Program-made: the position numbers and the translations under genes
Notes under the pieces: model-generated
Database searches by the model: none
Told to the model about the DNA's origin: nothing
The model's input: the letters and a program-made list of their open reading frames with translations, nothing else
DNA from: an uncultured Erysipelotrichaceae bacterium
Lineage (GTDB): Bacteria > Bacillota_I > Bacilli_A > RF39 > UBA660
NCBI GenBank assembly: GCA_902767245.1
Contig: CACXGO010000018.1
Location: 27,708-91,707, forward strand
Direction: 5' to 3'
Length of the DNA: 64,000 bases
Shown here: positions 7,245 through 18,064 of the stretch, piece by piece
Layout of the letters: each line of letters begins with the position of its first letter
Position numbering within the stretch: position 1 is the stretch's first letter

Positions 7245-9162
7245 TTTTTTGCTTTTGATTTTTTTAATATTTTATATTAAGAATTATAATTATATTTCAA
7301 AATATAGTAATCAAAAAGAAATAACAGGTGTTGTCACCAAAATCACTAAAAGTAGTGATAGTATTAATATAATTTTAGATGCTAAAGAAAAAGTGTTACT
7401 AACTTGTTTTAAGTGTGATTTTAATTATGAGGTTGGTTCAATTGTAAGTTTTAAAGGTTATTTTAATGAAATAAAAGGTAGTTCTAATTTTAATTTGTTC
7501 GATTATAAAAAGTATTTAATGTCTTTAAAAATATATAAAAATTTTATCTTTACAGATTATAAATATATCAAAAAAAGTAACAAGTTTATTTACAAAGCAT
7601 ATAATATTTTGAATGATAGAATTAATGAATTAAAATCAAAAACATTTTTAAAATCGATGATTTTAGGCGAAACTAGTGAATATGGTGATATTTATGAAAT
7701 TTATAAACTAAATGGAATTGTTCATTTATTTGCAATTTCAGGAATGCATGTCGGAATTATTTCATCAGTATTAATTTTTATTTTCAAAAAATTTTTGAAA
7801 TTAGGCAATTTTGCTTACATAATAATATTTCCCATTTTAATTTTTTATATGTTAATTATTAACACTCCCTCAATAATAAGAAGTGTTTTAATGTTTATTA
7901 CTTCATCAATATCAAAAATATTTAAACTGAAAATAAGTAGTTTAAATATTTTGTTTTATTTAGTTTCAATTAATTTAATTATTAATCCTTATGTTATTTA
8001 CAATATGGGTTTTTGTTTAAGCTACATAATTGTTTTTTATTTAATGATTAGTTCTAAAAAAGTAGCAAAAATAAAAAACTATTTTTTAAAATTATTAACA
8101 CTTTCAACAATTTCTTTTTTGGCCAGTTTTCCTATAATAATTAATAGTAATTTTGAATTCAATTTACTTACACCGCTTATAAATGTTTTAATTGTTCCAT
8201 TTGTTTCTGTTATTTTATTTCCACTTGCATTATTGACTCTTTTTTTACCAATATTTGATAATATCTTATTTTTATTATTAAAAGGTTTTGATTATTTAAA
8301 TATATTTTTATCTAATTATTCAATAATTATTAATGTTGCATATATAAATATCTATTTAAACATTTTCTATTATTTAATTCTTTTGGTATCTTTTTATAAA
8401 ACAAAGCATATATATTTATTGCTTGTCTATTTATCAATTTTAATTAACATAAAAAACTTAAATTTTAATTCTTATTTGATTATGATTGATGTTGGTCAAG
8501 GAGATTCTATTTTTATAAAAAATTATTTTGGTGAAAATATTTTATTAGATGCTGGTTCTAAAGAAAATTCTGCCAAAAACATAATTATTCCATATTTAAA
8601 GTCTTTAGGAATTAATAGAATTGATCGTTTTATAATTTCCCATGGGGATAAAGATCATATAATTGGAGCTAAAGACATTATTAAAACTTTTAATGTTTTG
8701 CAAATATATTTAAATAGTTATAAAAATACTGATTATGAAAATGAAATAATAGATATAAGTGAAACTAACTTTATAAGTCAAAATACATATATTAATGAAC
8801 ATTTACATATATTTAATTATTATCAAAATAACGAAAATGATGATAGCTTAATTACATATTTGGTTGATTATGGAATTCTTTGTATGGGAGATGCAAGTGA
8901 AAATGTTGAAAATAAAATAAATTTATCAGACATCAATATTTTAAAAGTTGGACATCATGGTTCAAAGACGAGTACAAGTGAAAATTTCATAAAAAAGATT
9001 AATCCCAAAATATCATTAATTTCGGTTGGTTTAAAAAACAAATATAATCATCCAGATAAAGAGGTTTTAAACAATTTAAAAAACAGTTTAGTTTTAATGA
9101 CAAGTACAAATGGAATGATTAAAATCAATTTGAAATCATTAAAATATGAAACATATTATTAG
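7213..9162 (+). CDS. comEC: DNA internalisation competence channel ComEC/Rec2 with a C-terminal metallo-beta-lactamase domain
   Basis: Polytopic membrane core containing HLFAISGMHVG. C-terminal MBL motifs IDVGQGDS, ISHGDKDH and VGHHGS. The start could also be at 7198. Confidence 0.85.
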   Translation: MKNSRIIYLFNFLLLIFLIFYIKNYNYISKYSNQKEITGVVTKITKSSDSINIILDAKEKVLLTCFKCDFNYEVGSIVSFKGYFNEIKGSSNFNLFDYKKYLMSLKIYKNFIFTDYKYIKKSNKFIYKAYNILNDRINELKSKTFLKSMILGETSEYGDIYEIYKLNGIVHLFAISGMHVGIISSVLIFIFKKFLKLGNFAYIIIFPILIFYMLIINTPSIIRSVLMFITSSISKIFKLKISSLNILFYLVSINLIINPYVIYNMGFCLSYIIVFYLMISSKKVAKIKNYFLKLLTLSTISFLASFPIIINSNFEFNLLTPLINVLIVPFVSVILFPLALLTLFLPIFDNILFLLLKGFDYLNIFLSNYSIIINVAYINIYLNIFYYLILLVSFYKTKHIYLLLVYLSILINIKNLNFNSYLIMIDVGQGDSIFIKNYFGENILLDAGSKENSAKNIIIPYLKSLGINRIDRFIISHGDKDHIIGAKDIIKTFNVLQIYLNSYKNTDYENEIIDISETNFISQNTYINEHLHIFNYYQNNENDDSLITYLVDYGILCMGDASENVENKINLSDINILKVGHHGSKTSTSENFIKKINPKISLISVGLKNKYNHPDKEVLNNLKNSLVLMTSTNGMIKINLKSLKYETYY

Positions 9163-9199
9163 GGCAACGCTTCGCTCAAAAGCGTTTATAATAGATTAA

Positions 9200-9225
9200 G
9201 AGACTCCAAATTGAGTCTCTTTTGT
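9200..9225 (+). terminator. Rho-independent terminator after comEC
   Basis: GAGACTC-CAAATT-GAGTCTC followed by TTTTGTTT; a second hairpin (AACGCTT/AAGCGTT) sits at 9166-9186. Confidence 0.7.
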
Positions 9226-9339
9226 TTGACTTATTTTATAAGTTATGCTAGTATAAACAAAAAATTTTAAAAAATTTTTATCAAAAAAAAGGAAATTGAA
9301 AACTTTTGTCGTATATTAATATTAGGAGTGTGATAAAAA

Positions 9340-11088
9340 ATGCCAATGCTCGATAATTCTAAAATTGAAGAAATTCGAAAAAGCGTTAACATTATTGATA
9401 TCATCTCCGAATATCTTCCTTTAACTCAAAGAGGAAGAAATTATTTTGGAGTTTGTCCATTTCATGATGATCATTCTCCAAGTATGAGTGTTTCGCCTGA
9501 TTTACAAATATATACTTGTTTTTCATGTGGAGCAACGGGAAATGTATTTAAATTTATCATGGATTATGAAAACTTATCATTTATGGATGCAGTAAAAAAG
9601 GTAGCAGATAAGGGTGGAATCGATGTTAATTTAAGTTTAGTAAAATCAAAAAAAATTGTTAATAGTGAAATATATGAAATATATAGTATTGCAAGAAAAC
9701 TTTATCAAAACAATTTAAATAGTGAATATGGCCTAGAAGCTAAAGAATATTTAGCCAAACGTGATATTAGTGAAGAAATAATTAAAGAATTTGGTATAGG
9801 TCTCTCACTAAAGAAAAATGATGTTTTGACCAATTTACTTATAAAAAAAGAATTTAAAAATACAGATATTATAAAAAGTGGTTTAATAATTCAAAATAGC
9901 CATGGATTGCATGATATTTATAGTAATAGAATTATGTTCCCCTTAGAAAATTTAGAAGGGAAAACAGTTGGCTTTAGTGGAAGAATTTACAATACAAGTG
10001 ATACTAGTAAGTATATTAATACTAAAGAAACTGAAATATTTAAAAAAGGTGAAATATTGTATAATTATCATCGTGCTAAAGATGCTTGTCGTCTAAGCAA
10101 AACAGTAATTATTATGGAAGGATTCATGGATGTTATTAGGGCTTATACGATTGGAATTTTTAATGTTGTCGCATCAATGGGGACAGCGATTACAAAAAAT
10201 CATGCCTTGCTTTTAAAGAAACTTGCACCAAATATTATTTTGTTATTTGATGGTGATGAAGCAGGTGAAAAGGCAACTTTAAGTTGCATTGAAGAACTTG
10301 CAAATGTTGGGGTAATTCCTAAAGTTGTTCGTTTAGAAGAAAACTTGGATCCAGATGATTATATTAGAAAATATGGTAAAGAAAAGTTTTTAAGCAAGCT
10401 TGAAAATCCAATTAATGTTATGGAATTTAAAATGCAACACTTAAAATCAAAAATAAATCTTAATGATTCTGTTGAACTTGCAAAATATGTAAATGAATGC
10501 TTAAAAGAATTAAATGCAATTAATGATGATATTTTAAGAGAGATCACATTAAAAAAATTAGTAAATGAATCAGGAATTGATGAAAGTTTATTACGTTCAA
10601 AACTTGAAAATAAAAAAATTATCAAAAAAGAAACTGTTGTTAAAGAAGTTAAACATTATGATAAATATGAAAAAGCACAACGCAATTTAATATTTTATAT
10701 GCTTAATTCAATTATGGTTATTAAAAAATATATCAAGAAAACAGTTTTTCTACCTGATGATAATTATCGCAGGTTAGCTAATAAAATCCGTTATTTTTAT
10801 GAAGAACATAATAATTCATTTAATGTTGCCGATTTTTATACTTATGTAAATCAAAGTGATAACGAAGATTTAATTAAAACATTAAATAATATTTTAAATA
10901 TGAATTTAAAAGAAGAAGCAGCTGATAATGAGATAGATGATTATTTTAAAGTAATTAATGATTATAATATTAAAAATGAAATCAATAAAATTGATTTTGA
11001 ACTTCAAAAAAGTGATAATCTTAATTTAAAAAAAGAAAAATTAAAAAAATTAGTTGAATTAAAAAAGAGGGAAGGAAAAAATGATTAA
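9340..11088 (+). CDS. dnaG: DNA primase
   Basis: Zinc-ribbon [13 protein letters not shown]...CFSCG, TOPRIM ([15 protein letters not shown]), and gene order dnaG-sigA. Confidence 0.92.
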   Translation: MPMLDNSKIEEIRKSVNIIDIISEYLPLTQRGRNYFGVCPFHDDHSPSMSVSPDLQIYTCFSCGATGNVFKFIMDYENLSFMDAVKKVADKGGIDVNLSLVKSKKIVNSEIYEIYSIARKLYQNNLNSEYGLEAKEYLAKRDISEEIIKEFGIGLSLKKNDVLTNLLIKKEFKNTDIIKSGLIIQNSHGLHDIYSNRIMFPLENLEGKTVGFSGRIYNTSDTSKYINTKETEIFKKGEILYNYHRAKDACRLSKTVIIMEGFMDVIRAYTIGIFNVVASMGTAITKNHALLLKKLAPNIILLFDGDEAGEKATLSCIEELANVGVIPKVVRLEENLDPDDYIRKYGKEKFLSKLENPINVMEFKMQHLKSKINLNDSVELAKYVNECLKELNAINDDILREITLKKLVNESGIDESLLRSKLENKKIIKKETVVKEVKHYDKYEKAQRNLIFYMLNSIMVIKKYIKKTVFLPDDNYRRLANKIRYFYEEHNNSFNVADFYTYVNQSDNEDLIKTLNNILNMNLKEEAADNEIDDYFKVINDYNIKNEINKIDFELQKSDNLNLKKEKLKKLVELKKREGKND

Positions 11089-12169
11089 TGAAATTAAAAC
11101 TTTTGATGAAAGAAAATTAGAACTTGTCAAAAAAGGAAAAGAAAAAGGTTTTATAACTTATGAAGAGCTAGTAGTTGAATTAAAAGGTTTAGAATTAGAT
11201 GGAGATGCCTTAGACGAACTTTACAATTTGTTTAATGAAAATAATATTGCTGTCGTTTCAGAAGAAGAGGCAGCATCTGGTGGAGAATCTCATGTTGATA
11301 AAATCTTATTAGATGATAATACATTAACAAAAGATTTAACTATAAATGATCCAGTAAGAATGTATTTAAAAGAAATTGGGCAAATAAAACTTTTAACAAT
11401 GGACGAAGAACTTGAATTAGCAGATCGTATTAATGAAGGCGATGAGATGGCTAAAATAACTCTTGCTGAAGCTAATTTGCGTTTGGTTGTATCAATTGCT
11501 AAAAGATATGTTGGTCGTGGAATGCAATTTTTAGATTTGATTCAAGAAGGTAATATAGGTCTTATGAAGGCAGTTGAAAAATTTGATGTTACAAAAGGAT
11601 ATAAATTTTCAACATATGCAACATGGTGGATAAGACAAGCTATTACAAGAGCAATTGCTGATCAAGCTAGAACAATTCGTGTACCAGTTCATATGGTTGA
11701 AACAATAAATAAACTTTCACGTATTCAAAGACAATTAACTTTAGAACTTAATCGTGAACCAACAGAAGATGAACTTGCAAAAAAAATGGGAATGTCAGTT
11801 GAAAAGGTTCGTGAAATTTATAAAATAAGTCAAGAACCAGTTTCACTCGAAACACCAATAGGTGAAGAAGATGACTCACATTTAGGTGATTTTATTAAAG
11901 ATGAAAGAAATGTAAGCCCAGAGGAATACGCAACTAATGAAATGCTAAAAGATGAAATTGCTGAAGTGTTATTAACTCTAACCGAAAGAGAAGAAAAAGT
12001 AATTCGTTTGCGTTTTGGTTTAGAAGATGGCAAATCAAGAACATTGGAAGAAGTTGGCCAAATGTTTGGTGTAACCCGTGAACGTATTCGTCAGATTGAA
12101 GCCAAAGCATTAAGAAAATTACGCCATCCATCAAGATCACGCAAACTAAAAGATTATATGGGAGATTAA
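11081..12169 (+). CDS. sigA: Primary RNA polymerase sigma factor (sigma-70/SigA)
   Basis: Regions 1.2-4.2 are recognisable: [41 protein letters not shown], and [23 protein letters not shown]. Confidence 0.95.
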   Translation: MINEIKTFDERKLELVKKGKEKGFITYEELVVELKGLELDGDALDELYNLFNENNIAVVSEEEAASGGESHVDKILLDDNTLTKDLTINDPVRMYLKEIGQIKLLTMDEELELADRINEGDEMAKITLAEANLRLVVSIAKRYVGRGMQFLDLIQEGNIGLMKAVEKFDVTKGYKFSTYATWWIRQAITRAIADQARTIRVPVHMVETINKLSRIQRQLTLELNREPTEDELAKKMGMSVEKVREIYKISQEPVSLETPIGEEDDSHLGDFIKDERNVSPEEYATNEMLKDEIAEVLLTLTEREEKVIRLRFGLEDGKSRTLEEVGQMFGVTRERIRQIEAKALRKLRHPSRSRKLKDYMGD

Positions 12170-12816
12170 TGATATCTACAAGACTAAAAGAGTTGGGGAA
12201 TATGATTACGCCTTTAAATCGCATTATTGATGTTGGTTGTGATCATGCTTTGCTTGATATTTATTTGGCAAGCAAATTCGAAAATGTGGTTTTTATTGCA
12301 ACTGATATAAGTAAAAATGCCATTGAAGTTGCTAAAAAAAATGTAAAAAAAAATAATCTAGAATCAAGAATAAAACTGCTTGTAACAGATGGCTTAGAAA
12401 ATATCTCTTTATTTCCTGATGATTACATTGTTATAAGTGGAATGGGAACTAATACAATAATAAAGATTATAAAATCTAGGTTAAAAGAGATAAATAACAT
12501 AGTTATTCAAACAAACCGTGATATAGATAGTTTGAGAAAGTTTATGTTTGATAATGGCTTTAAAATTAAAGAAGAAAAAATAGTATTTGATAATTTGTAT
12601 TACATTTTTATTCACTTTGTTAAAGGGAAACAAGTTTACTATAAAGAAGATATTTGGTTAGGTCCAATCATAAAAGAAAGTAATAATGCATTATATTTTA
12701 AAAATTTAATGAAAAAATATAAAAAAATATTACCTGGAATACCAGATAATGATAATAAAAAAATTGACTTAATAAACCGAATTGACTATTTAAAAGACAT
12801 TATTGAAAAAATGTAG
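12169..12816 (+). CDS. trmK: tRNA (adenine22-N1)-methyltransferase TrmK (YqfN-like)
   Basis: IIDVGCDHALLDIYL SAM-binding start, ATDISKNAIEVA and ISGMGT motifs; position directly after sigA, as in Bacillus. Confidence 0.75.
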   Translation: MISTRLKELGNMITPLNRIIDVGCDHALLDIYLASKFENVVFIATDISKNAIEVAKKNVKKNNLESRIKLLVTDGLENISLFPDDYIVISGMGTNTIIKIIKSRLKEINNIVIQTNRDIDSLRKFMFDNGFKIKEEKIVFDNLYYIFIHFVKGKQVYYKEDIWLGPIIKESNNALYFKNLMKKYKKILPGIPDNDNKKIDLINRIDYLKDIIEKM

Positions 12817-13141
12817 GCCCATTAGTATTAAAAACTGCTTCATTTGAAGTGGTTTTTTTTATGGTTTCTTTAGTAGCTTTTTTTTCAACCTTAGTTTCAT
12901 CATTTCGATTAAATTCACTCATTAATTTAAACATTGTTTTAGCATTATCCATCATTGGACGCGCTTGTTTTACAATGGGTATAATTTGATTTACAGTATT
13001 TAAAGTTTTTTGAGTACCACTTAAAATGGAAGAAAAATTAAATCTTCTAAATAAACTGCTAATTAGACCAGTTCTAGGAGCAATATTTTGATAAGGAAAA
13101 AAGTAAGGGTTGTAAAAATTCATAACTAAACTTCCTTTCAC
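12800..13141 (-). CDS. Small YqfQ/VrrA-like protein
   Basis: GLISSLFRRFNFSSILSGTQKTLNTVNQIIPIVKQARPMMDNAKTMFKLM resembles the conserved core of YqfQ-like proteins. It converges on trmK with a 17-nt overlap. Confidence 0.4.
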   Translation of the reverse strand: MKGSLVMNFYNPYFFPYQNIAPRTGLISSLFRRFNFSSILSGTQKTLNTVNQIIPIVKQARPMMDNAKTMFKLMSEFNRNDETKVEKKATKETIKKTTSNEAVFNTNGPTFFQ

Positions 13142-13171
13142 AATAGTATATGAATTTTACTTAAAAAAGTT

Positions 13172-13199
13172 TTCAAAAAAAAACTTTTATGCTATAATT
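13172..13199 (+). promoter_or_regulatory. Sigma-A-type promoter candidate for the pilC-like operon
   Basis: Extended -10 TGCTATAAT (TATAAT at 13194-13199) with a weak -35 TTTTCA about 18 nt upstream. Confidence 0.35.
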
Positions 13200-13238
13200 A
13201 TCTTAGTTTAAGAATATAAAAGGGAAGGAAAAGATGCC

Positions 13239-15290
13239 ATGAAAGTTTTAAAATTTATTGGGAATTTATTTAGATGGTATTTTTTAGGAATTGGGTATAT
13301 TTGTTACCTTATATATTTATTAATAAAACATATATTCTTTTATATTGGATATTTGCTTTCAGCAATATTCTATTTTATTTTTTCTGTTTTGACATTTAAA
13401 CATATAAGAAATATGAAAAATGGTTCATCAAAAATAGTAAAACCAGAAGATATTATTAAGAATAGTGAAACTAATGCTAATATAAAAGAAAATAATTTAG
13501 AAAATAATAATGCATCCGTTAATATTCAAAGTAATATTAATATTTCTGATGATTCAAATCAGAACAATCAATCAGATGCTAATATTCAGCAAAATGTTAT
13601 AGATGTTAATAATTATAATAATAAAGTAGAAGAAAATAAAACGCCTTTAAACATAAATCTTGAAGAAGAAACAGCAATTGAAAATGAGTTGCCATACGAA
13701 ACAGAACTTGGTGTAAATAATGCTAATTTTAAGGCTGAAGCATTTGATCCAAACAATCAGGGGAATTTAGGTTATCATGTGTTTGTAGAAAACAATAATA
13801 TTGCTGAAAACAAGAAAAATGATTCTGTTAAAGTTGAAAAGCAAATTATTAAAGAAGGCAAACTACTTAAAACAGCGAAATCAGAAGAAAAAGTGTTTAA
13901 AGAAATAGATGAAAAACAATCATTTCGTGATCGCTTAGCAATTGCTTTTCCAACTATTTTTGAAGCTTCAAGTGAAAGAAAAAGAGAACGAGAAGAAGCA
14001 AAGAAAAACAAAGAAATGAATGTTGATAGTGAACCAATTATTACTGAAAAAGAAGAAAGTAATATGGGGCCTAAGACTGTTTATGAATATACAGCTCGCG
14101 ATAAAAATGGTAAGTTAGTCAAAAATTATTATGAAGCTTATTCATTAGTTGAAGTACAATCATATTTATTAAGTGAAGGATATGATATATATAAAATAAG
14201 AACAAATCAAACCATCAATTTATTTCACAGAACAACTTCTGGCAAGAAAAAAATGAAAATAAGTGATATGGTATTTTTCTTAACTCAATTATCGACCTAT
14301 TTAAAAGCAGGTATTACATTAACTGAAGCTGTTGAAATCTTATCGCGTCAATTTAAAAAATTAAGTTATCAAAAAATATTTAGAGGAATAGCAAATAATT
14401 TAAAATCAGGAGATAATTTTAGCGAGGCGTTGGCAAAAACAGATGGAGTTTTTCCTAAATTACTTGTAAATATGGTTAAAACATCAGAATTAACGGGTGA
14501 TTTACCAGAAACTCTTGATGACATGGCTGATTATTATACTCAAATGGATAGAACCAAAAAGCAAATGCGTTCAGCTTTAACCTATCCAACAATGGTTTTA
14601 GTACTTGCCATTGGTGTTATTGCATTTGTTTTACTTTATGTAATTCCAAAATTTACATCAATTTATCAATCAATGGATGCAGCAACCATTCCAAAATTAA
14701 CAGTATTTATTATTAAAGCCAGTGATTTTATCAAAGCTAGTTATTATTACATAATTATTGGGTTTATAATATTGCTTTTAGTTATTAGATATTTATATAC
14801 AAATATAACTGCAGCTAGAGCTGCAATGCAAAGAATAGCTATGAAATTACCTGTTTTAAGAGAAGTCATAATTTATAATGAAGTAACAACATTTACTAAG
14901 ACATTTTCATCACTCTTAAAACATGGTGTTTATATAACAGATACAATGAACATATTGCTTCAAGTTACAAATAATGAAATATATCGTCGCTTAATTGCCA
15001 ATTGTATAAAACATTTACGTAAGGGTGAAAATATATCAGTTGCATTTAAAGGACATTGGGCTTTTCCAGTTCCAGCTTATGAAATGATTGTAACAGGTGA
15101 AAGAACAGGAAAATTAGCAGAAATGCTTGCTAAAGTTTCAGAATATTATCAAGATTTACATTCTAATATTGTAAATCGAATGAAAGTTATAATTGAACCA
15201 GTTTTGATAATTTTATTAACAGGTATCGTTGGTGTTATTATATTAGCAGTAATTGTGCCTATGTTTGGAATTTATTCATCACTAGGTTAG
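13239..15290 (+). CDS. Type IV pilus / Com platform protein (GspF/PilC/ComGB family) with a 275-aa N-terminal extension
   Basis: Residues 276-683 form a complete GspF core. This core starts at the usual TVYEYTARDKNGKLVK...LLSEGYDIYKI and has two GspF repeats and 3 TMs. Residues 1-275 add two extra TMs plus an N/Q/E/K-rich low-complexity linker. Confidence 0.85.
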   Translation: MKVLKFIGNLFRWYFLGIGYICYLIYLLIKHIFFYIGYLLSAIFYFIFSVLTFKHIRNMKNGSSKIVKPEDIIKNSETNANIKENNLENNNASVNIQSNINISDDSNQNNQSDANIQQNVIDVNNYNNKVEENKTPLNINLEEETAIENELPYETELGVNNANFKAEAFDPNNQGNLGYHVFVENNNIAENKKNDSVKVEKQIIKEGKLLKTAKSEEKVFKEIDEKQSFRDRLAIAFPTIFEASSERKREREEAKKNKEMNVDSEPIITEKEESNMGPKTVYEYTARDKNGKLVKNYYEAYSLVEVQSYLLSEGYDIYKIRTNQTINLFHRTTSGKKKMKISDMVFFLTQLSTYLKAGITLTEAVEILSRQFKKLSYQKIFRGIANNLKSGDNFSEALAKTDGVFPKLLVNMVKTSELTGDLPETLDDMADYYTQMDRTKKQMRSALTYPTMVLVLAIGVIAFVLLYVIPKFTSIYQSMDAATIPKLTVFIIKASDFIKASYYYIIIGFIILLLVIRYLYTNITAARAAMQRIAMKLPVLREVIIYNEVTTFTKTFSSLLKHGVYITDTMNILLQVTNNEIYRRLIANCIKHLRKGENISVAFKGHWAFPVPAYEMIVTGERTGKLAEMLAKVSEYYQDLHSNIVNRMKVIIEPVLIILLTGIVGVIILAVIVPMFGIYSSLG

Positions 15291-15303
15291 TAGGGGGGAT
15301 AAA

Positions 15304-16068
15304 ATGCAAATATTTATTTATATTATGATATTTGTATTTGGACTTGTTTTAGGGTCGTTTTATAATGTTTTAGGCTATCGATTACCAAAAAAACAATCGA
15401 TAGTTTTTCCATCTTCACATTGTCCAAATTGTAAGCATAAATTACATTTTATAGATTTAATTCCAGTTTTATCTTATGTTTTATTAAAAGGAAAATGTAG
15501 ATATTGCAAAAAAAAGATTTCAATTATATATCCAATTATTGAACTATTAACAGCCATTTTATTTACACTATCTTATTATTTGTACGGATTTTCAATAAAT
15601 TTTGGTATTTCGATAGTATTTTCATCAGTTGCAGTTATTATAATTGCCTCAGATATAAGATACTTAGTAATTAATGATGAAATACTAGTTATTGGAGGTA
15701 TTTTGATTATATTACTTTTAGGCATCAATGGAGATTTTAAGAAAGTATTAGATTTAATTATAAATGGTGTTATTAGCTTCTTAATCATGTTTTTAATTAA
15801 AATTATTGCTGATTTTGTATTTAAAAGGGAAGCTATGGGTGGTGGAGATGTGAAGTTACTTACATTAATTGGAGCACTTGTAAGCTACCCAATGTCTATT
15901 ATGACGTTATGCTTATCTGCATTTATTGCTTTCCCATATGCTATTTTTGTTTATTTTAATAAAAATGATCATGTTCTTCCCTTAGGGCCATTTTTATGTA
16001 TTTCTGGATTGATTATCTATTTTTTAGGTATTAATTTTAATGATTTAATGCAAATAATGGCAAAATAA
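15304..16068 (+). CDS. Prepilin peptidase (A24 family; PilD/ComC)
   Basis: N-terminal CPNC...CRYC zinc motif, a polytopic membrane core, and catalytic-Asp contexts ASDIRYLVINDE and GGGDVKLL. Confidence 0.9.
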   Translation: MQIFIYIMIFVFGLVLGSFYNVLGYRLPKKQSIVFPSSHCPNCKHKLHFIDLIPVLSYVLLKGKCRYCKKKISIIYPIIELLTAILFTLSYYLYGFSINFGISIVFSSVAVIIIASDIRYLVINDEILVIGGILIILLLGINGDFKKVLDLIINGVISFLIMFLIKIIADFVFKREAMGGGDVKLLTLIGALVSYPMSIMTLCLSAFIAFPYAIFVYFNKNDHVLPLGPFLCISGLIIYFLGINFNDLMQIMAK

Positions 16069-16097
16069 AACTGAGTTTGTTTATTACTCAGTTTTTT
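16067..16097. terminator. Bidirectional terminator between the convergent prepilin peptidase and ATPase genes
   Basis: AAAA-CTGAGT-TTGTTTATT-ACTCAG-TTTTTT: an A-run and a T-run flank the hairpin. Confidence 0.7.
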
Positions 16098-17412
16098 AAA
16101 TGTCTAAAGTTTCAAAAGTATCATCTGGCTTTACATCTTCTAAGGTCGTTTTTTCTGCAGCATATTCAACTGGTTCATCAATTATTTCAGGGTTTGATCC
16201 TTCTGTTTCAATTTCATCCATTTGAATATCATCTGTTTCAATTAAACGCATAACTTCTTCCAAAGATGTTAATCCTTGTTCAACTTTCATAAGCCCATCT
16301 TGAAATAAAGTTATAGCATTTTCTTTATCATAAACTAAATTTCTTAATTCTTCTTTTGGCATTGAATCATTTATAGCATCTCTAATAGCTTCGTTAATTA
16401 ATAATACTTCTTGAATTGCAATACGGCCTAAATATCCATGGTTGCATTTATCACAACCATCAGAATAGAACATCTCATTTATATCCTTATTTAGATATTT
16501 TTTAAATATTTCTCTTTCATATTCTTTTGCAGGTCTTTTTTTCATACAATGTGGACATAACCTACGAGCAAGTCTCTGTGAGATAATTCCTGACAAAGCA
16601 GTTGCAAGTAAGTATCTTTCAACATCCATATCAAGTAAACGTTCAATTGTTGTTAAAGAGTTATTAGTATGAATAGTTGAAAGTACTAGGTGGCCAGTGA
16701 TTGAAGCACGAACTGCTATTTTTGCAGTTTCACTATCACGAATTTCTCCAATCATAATTATATCCGGGTCTTGACGCAAGATTGAACGAAGAGTACTTGC
16801 AAAAGTAAGACCGATCTCACTATTTACTTGAACCTGATTAACACCTGGCAAATCCATTTCAATTGGATCTTCAACAGTGATTAAGTTTACATCTTCATGA
16901 TTAATTCTTTGAAGTATTGAATAAACTGTTGTTGATTTACCAGTACCAGTAGCACCAGTAACCAAAATAATTCCACTAGGTTTATTAATCATCTCAATTA
17001 CTTTATCGTAATTTTGTTTATTAAAATCTAAATTTTCAATACCGTTCATATTCGCTTTATAATCCATAATACGAATAACAACTTTTTCACCTAAATTAGT
17101 TGGCAAACTTGAAACACGCATATCAAGTTCTTCAGATTCAATTGTGATTTTAATTGCTCCATCTTGTGGAAGTCGTGTTTCTGTTATATTCATACCACTT
17201 AAAATTTTAATTCTAGTGATCAAATTCTGCTTGTATTCATTTGGAACAAGTGCATAATCAATTAGTGTTCCATCGATACGAATTCGTATTTTTACAAAAC
17301 GATCGTATGGATCAAAATGAATATCACTCGCTTTACGAATAGATGCATCATATAATATATCATTAACAATTTCAACAATTGGAGTGTCAGAAAAATTATA
17401 TTTTTTTAACAT
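16096..17412 (-). CDS. Type IV pilus / Com assembly ATPase (GspE/PilB/ComGA family)
   Basis: Walker A GATGTGKST, Asp box, Walker B DPDIIMIGEIRD, His box TGHLVLSTIHTN, and tetracysteine CPHC...CDKC. The last ~45 aa form an unusual acidic tail. Confidence 0.9.
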   Translation of the reverse strand: MLKKYNFSDTPIVEIVNDILYDASIRKASDIHFDPYDRFVKIRIRIDGTLIDYALVPNEYKQNLITRIKILSGMNITETRLPQDGAIKITIESEELDMRVSSLPTNLGEKVVIRIMDYKANMNGIENLDFNKQNYDKVIEMINKPSGIILVTGATGTGKSTTVYSILQRINHEDVNLITVEDPIEMDLPGVNQVQVNSEIGLTFASTLRSILRQDPDIIMIGEIRDSETAKIAVRASITGHLVLSTIHTNNSLTTIERLLDMDVERYLLATALSGIISQRLARRLCPHCMKKRPAKEYEREIFKKYLNKDINEMFYSDGCDKCNHGYLGRIAIQEVLLINEAIRDAINDSMPKEELRNLVYDKENAITLFQDGLMKVEQGLTSLEEVMRLIETDDIQMDEIETEGSNPEIIDEPVEYAAEKTTLEDVKPDDTFETLDI

Positions 17413-17503
17413 TTTATCCCTCTTTATTCATTACCACTGGTAATTATTCTAAAAGTATTATATAATAATATTAGTCAAAATTCAATAATAAAGGGGAGCA
17501 ATT

Positions 17504-18064
17504 ATGAAAAAAAATGGTTTTATGGTTGTTGAGTGCGTAATTGCATCAGTTGTTGTCTTAACGGTTATAATAGTTTTATATACTCAAATAAAATCTGTAA
17601 TTAGAACTTATAATAAAAGTTATAATTATGACAATGTAAGCAGTCTTTATTCACTTTCAAATTTTCGCTCATTTGTATTAACTGGCGATAATTATGATAA
17701 ACTTGTTTCAAAATATCAAGAAAATAAAAATACTAATAGCTCTGTCTGTGGTAAAAATTATGTGTTTGTTTCTTGCAGTATTTTTAATGCAACTAATTAC
17801 TGTGACACACTTTTAAATGTAATGGGAATAACAACTACAAATATACGTCCACAGCAAATAATTTTTACTTCTTCAGATTTAAATGAATTAAAATCATGTG
17901 ACTTAAAACATGAAGCGGGGATGTTAAAAGATTCATTTGTTGATTACATTTTGTCATTAAATGTTGACAAAGAAGAAAATAAATATATGTTGATAGCAGA
18001 ATTTGACGATAGTACGCTTGCATCTATCAATCTATATCGAGCAAGCGAGGTGCAGAATGGTTAA
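17504..18064 (+). CDS. Prepilin-type (class III signal) minor pilin-like protein, 186 aa
   Basis: N-terminus MKKNG/FMVVECVIASVVVLTVIIVLY: Gly at -1, Glu at +5 and a hydrophobic helix. Confidence 0.7.
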   Translation: MKKNGFMVVECVIASVVVLTVIIVLYTQIKSVIRTYNKSYNYDNVSSLYSLSNFRSFVLTGDNYDKLVSKYQENKNTNSSVCGKNYVFVSCSIFNATNYCDTLLNVMGITTTNIRPQQIIFTSSDLNELKSCDLKHEAGMLKDSFVDYILSLNVDKEENKYMLIAEFDDSTLASINLYRASEVQNG

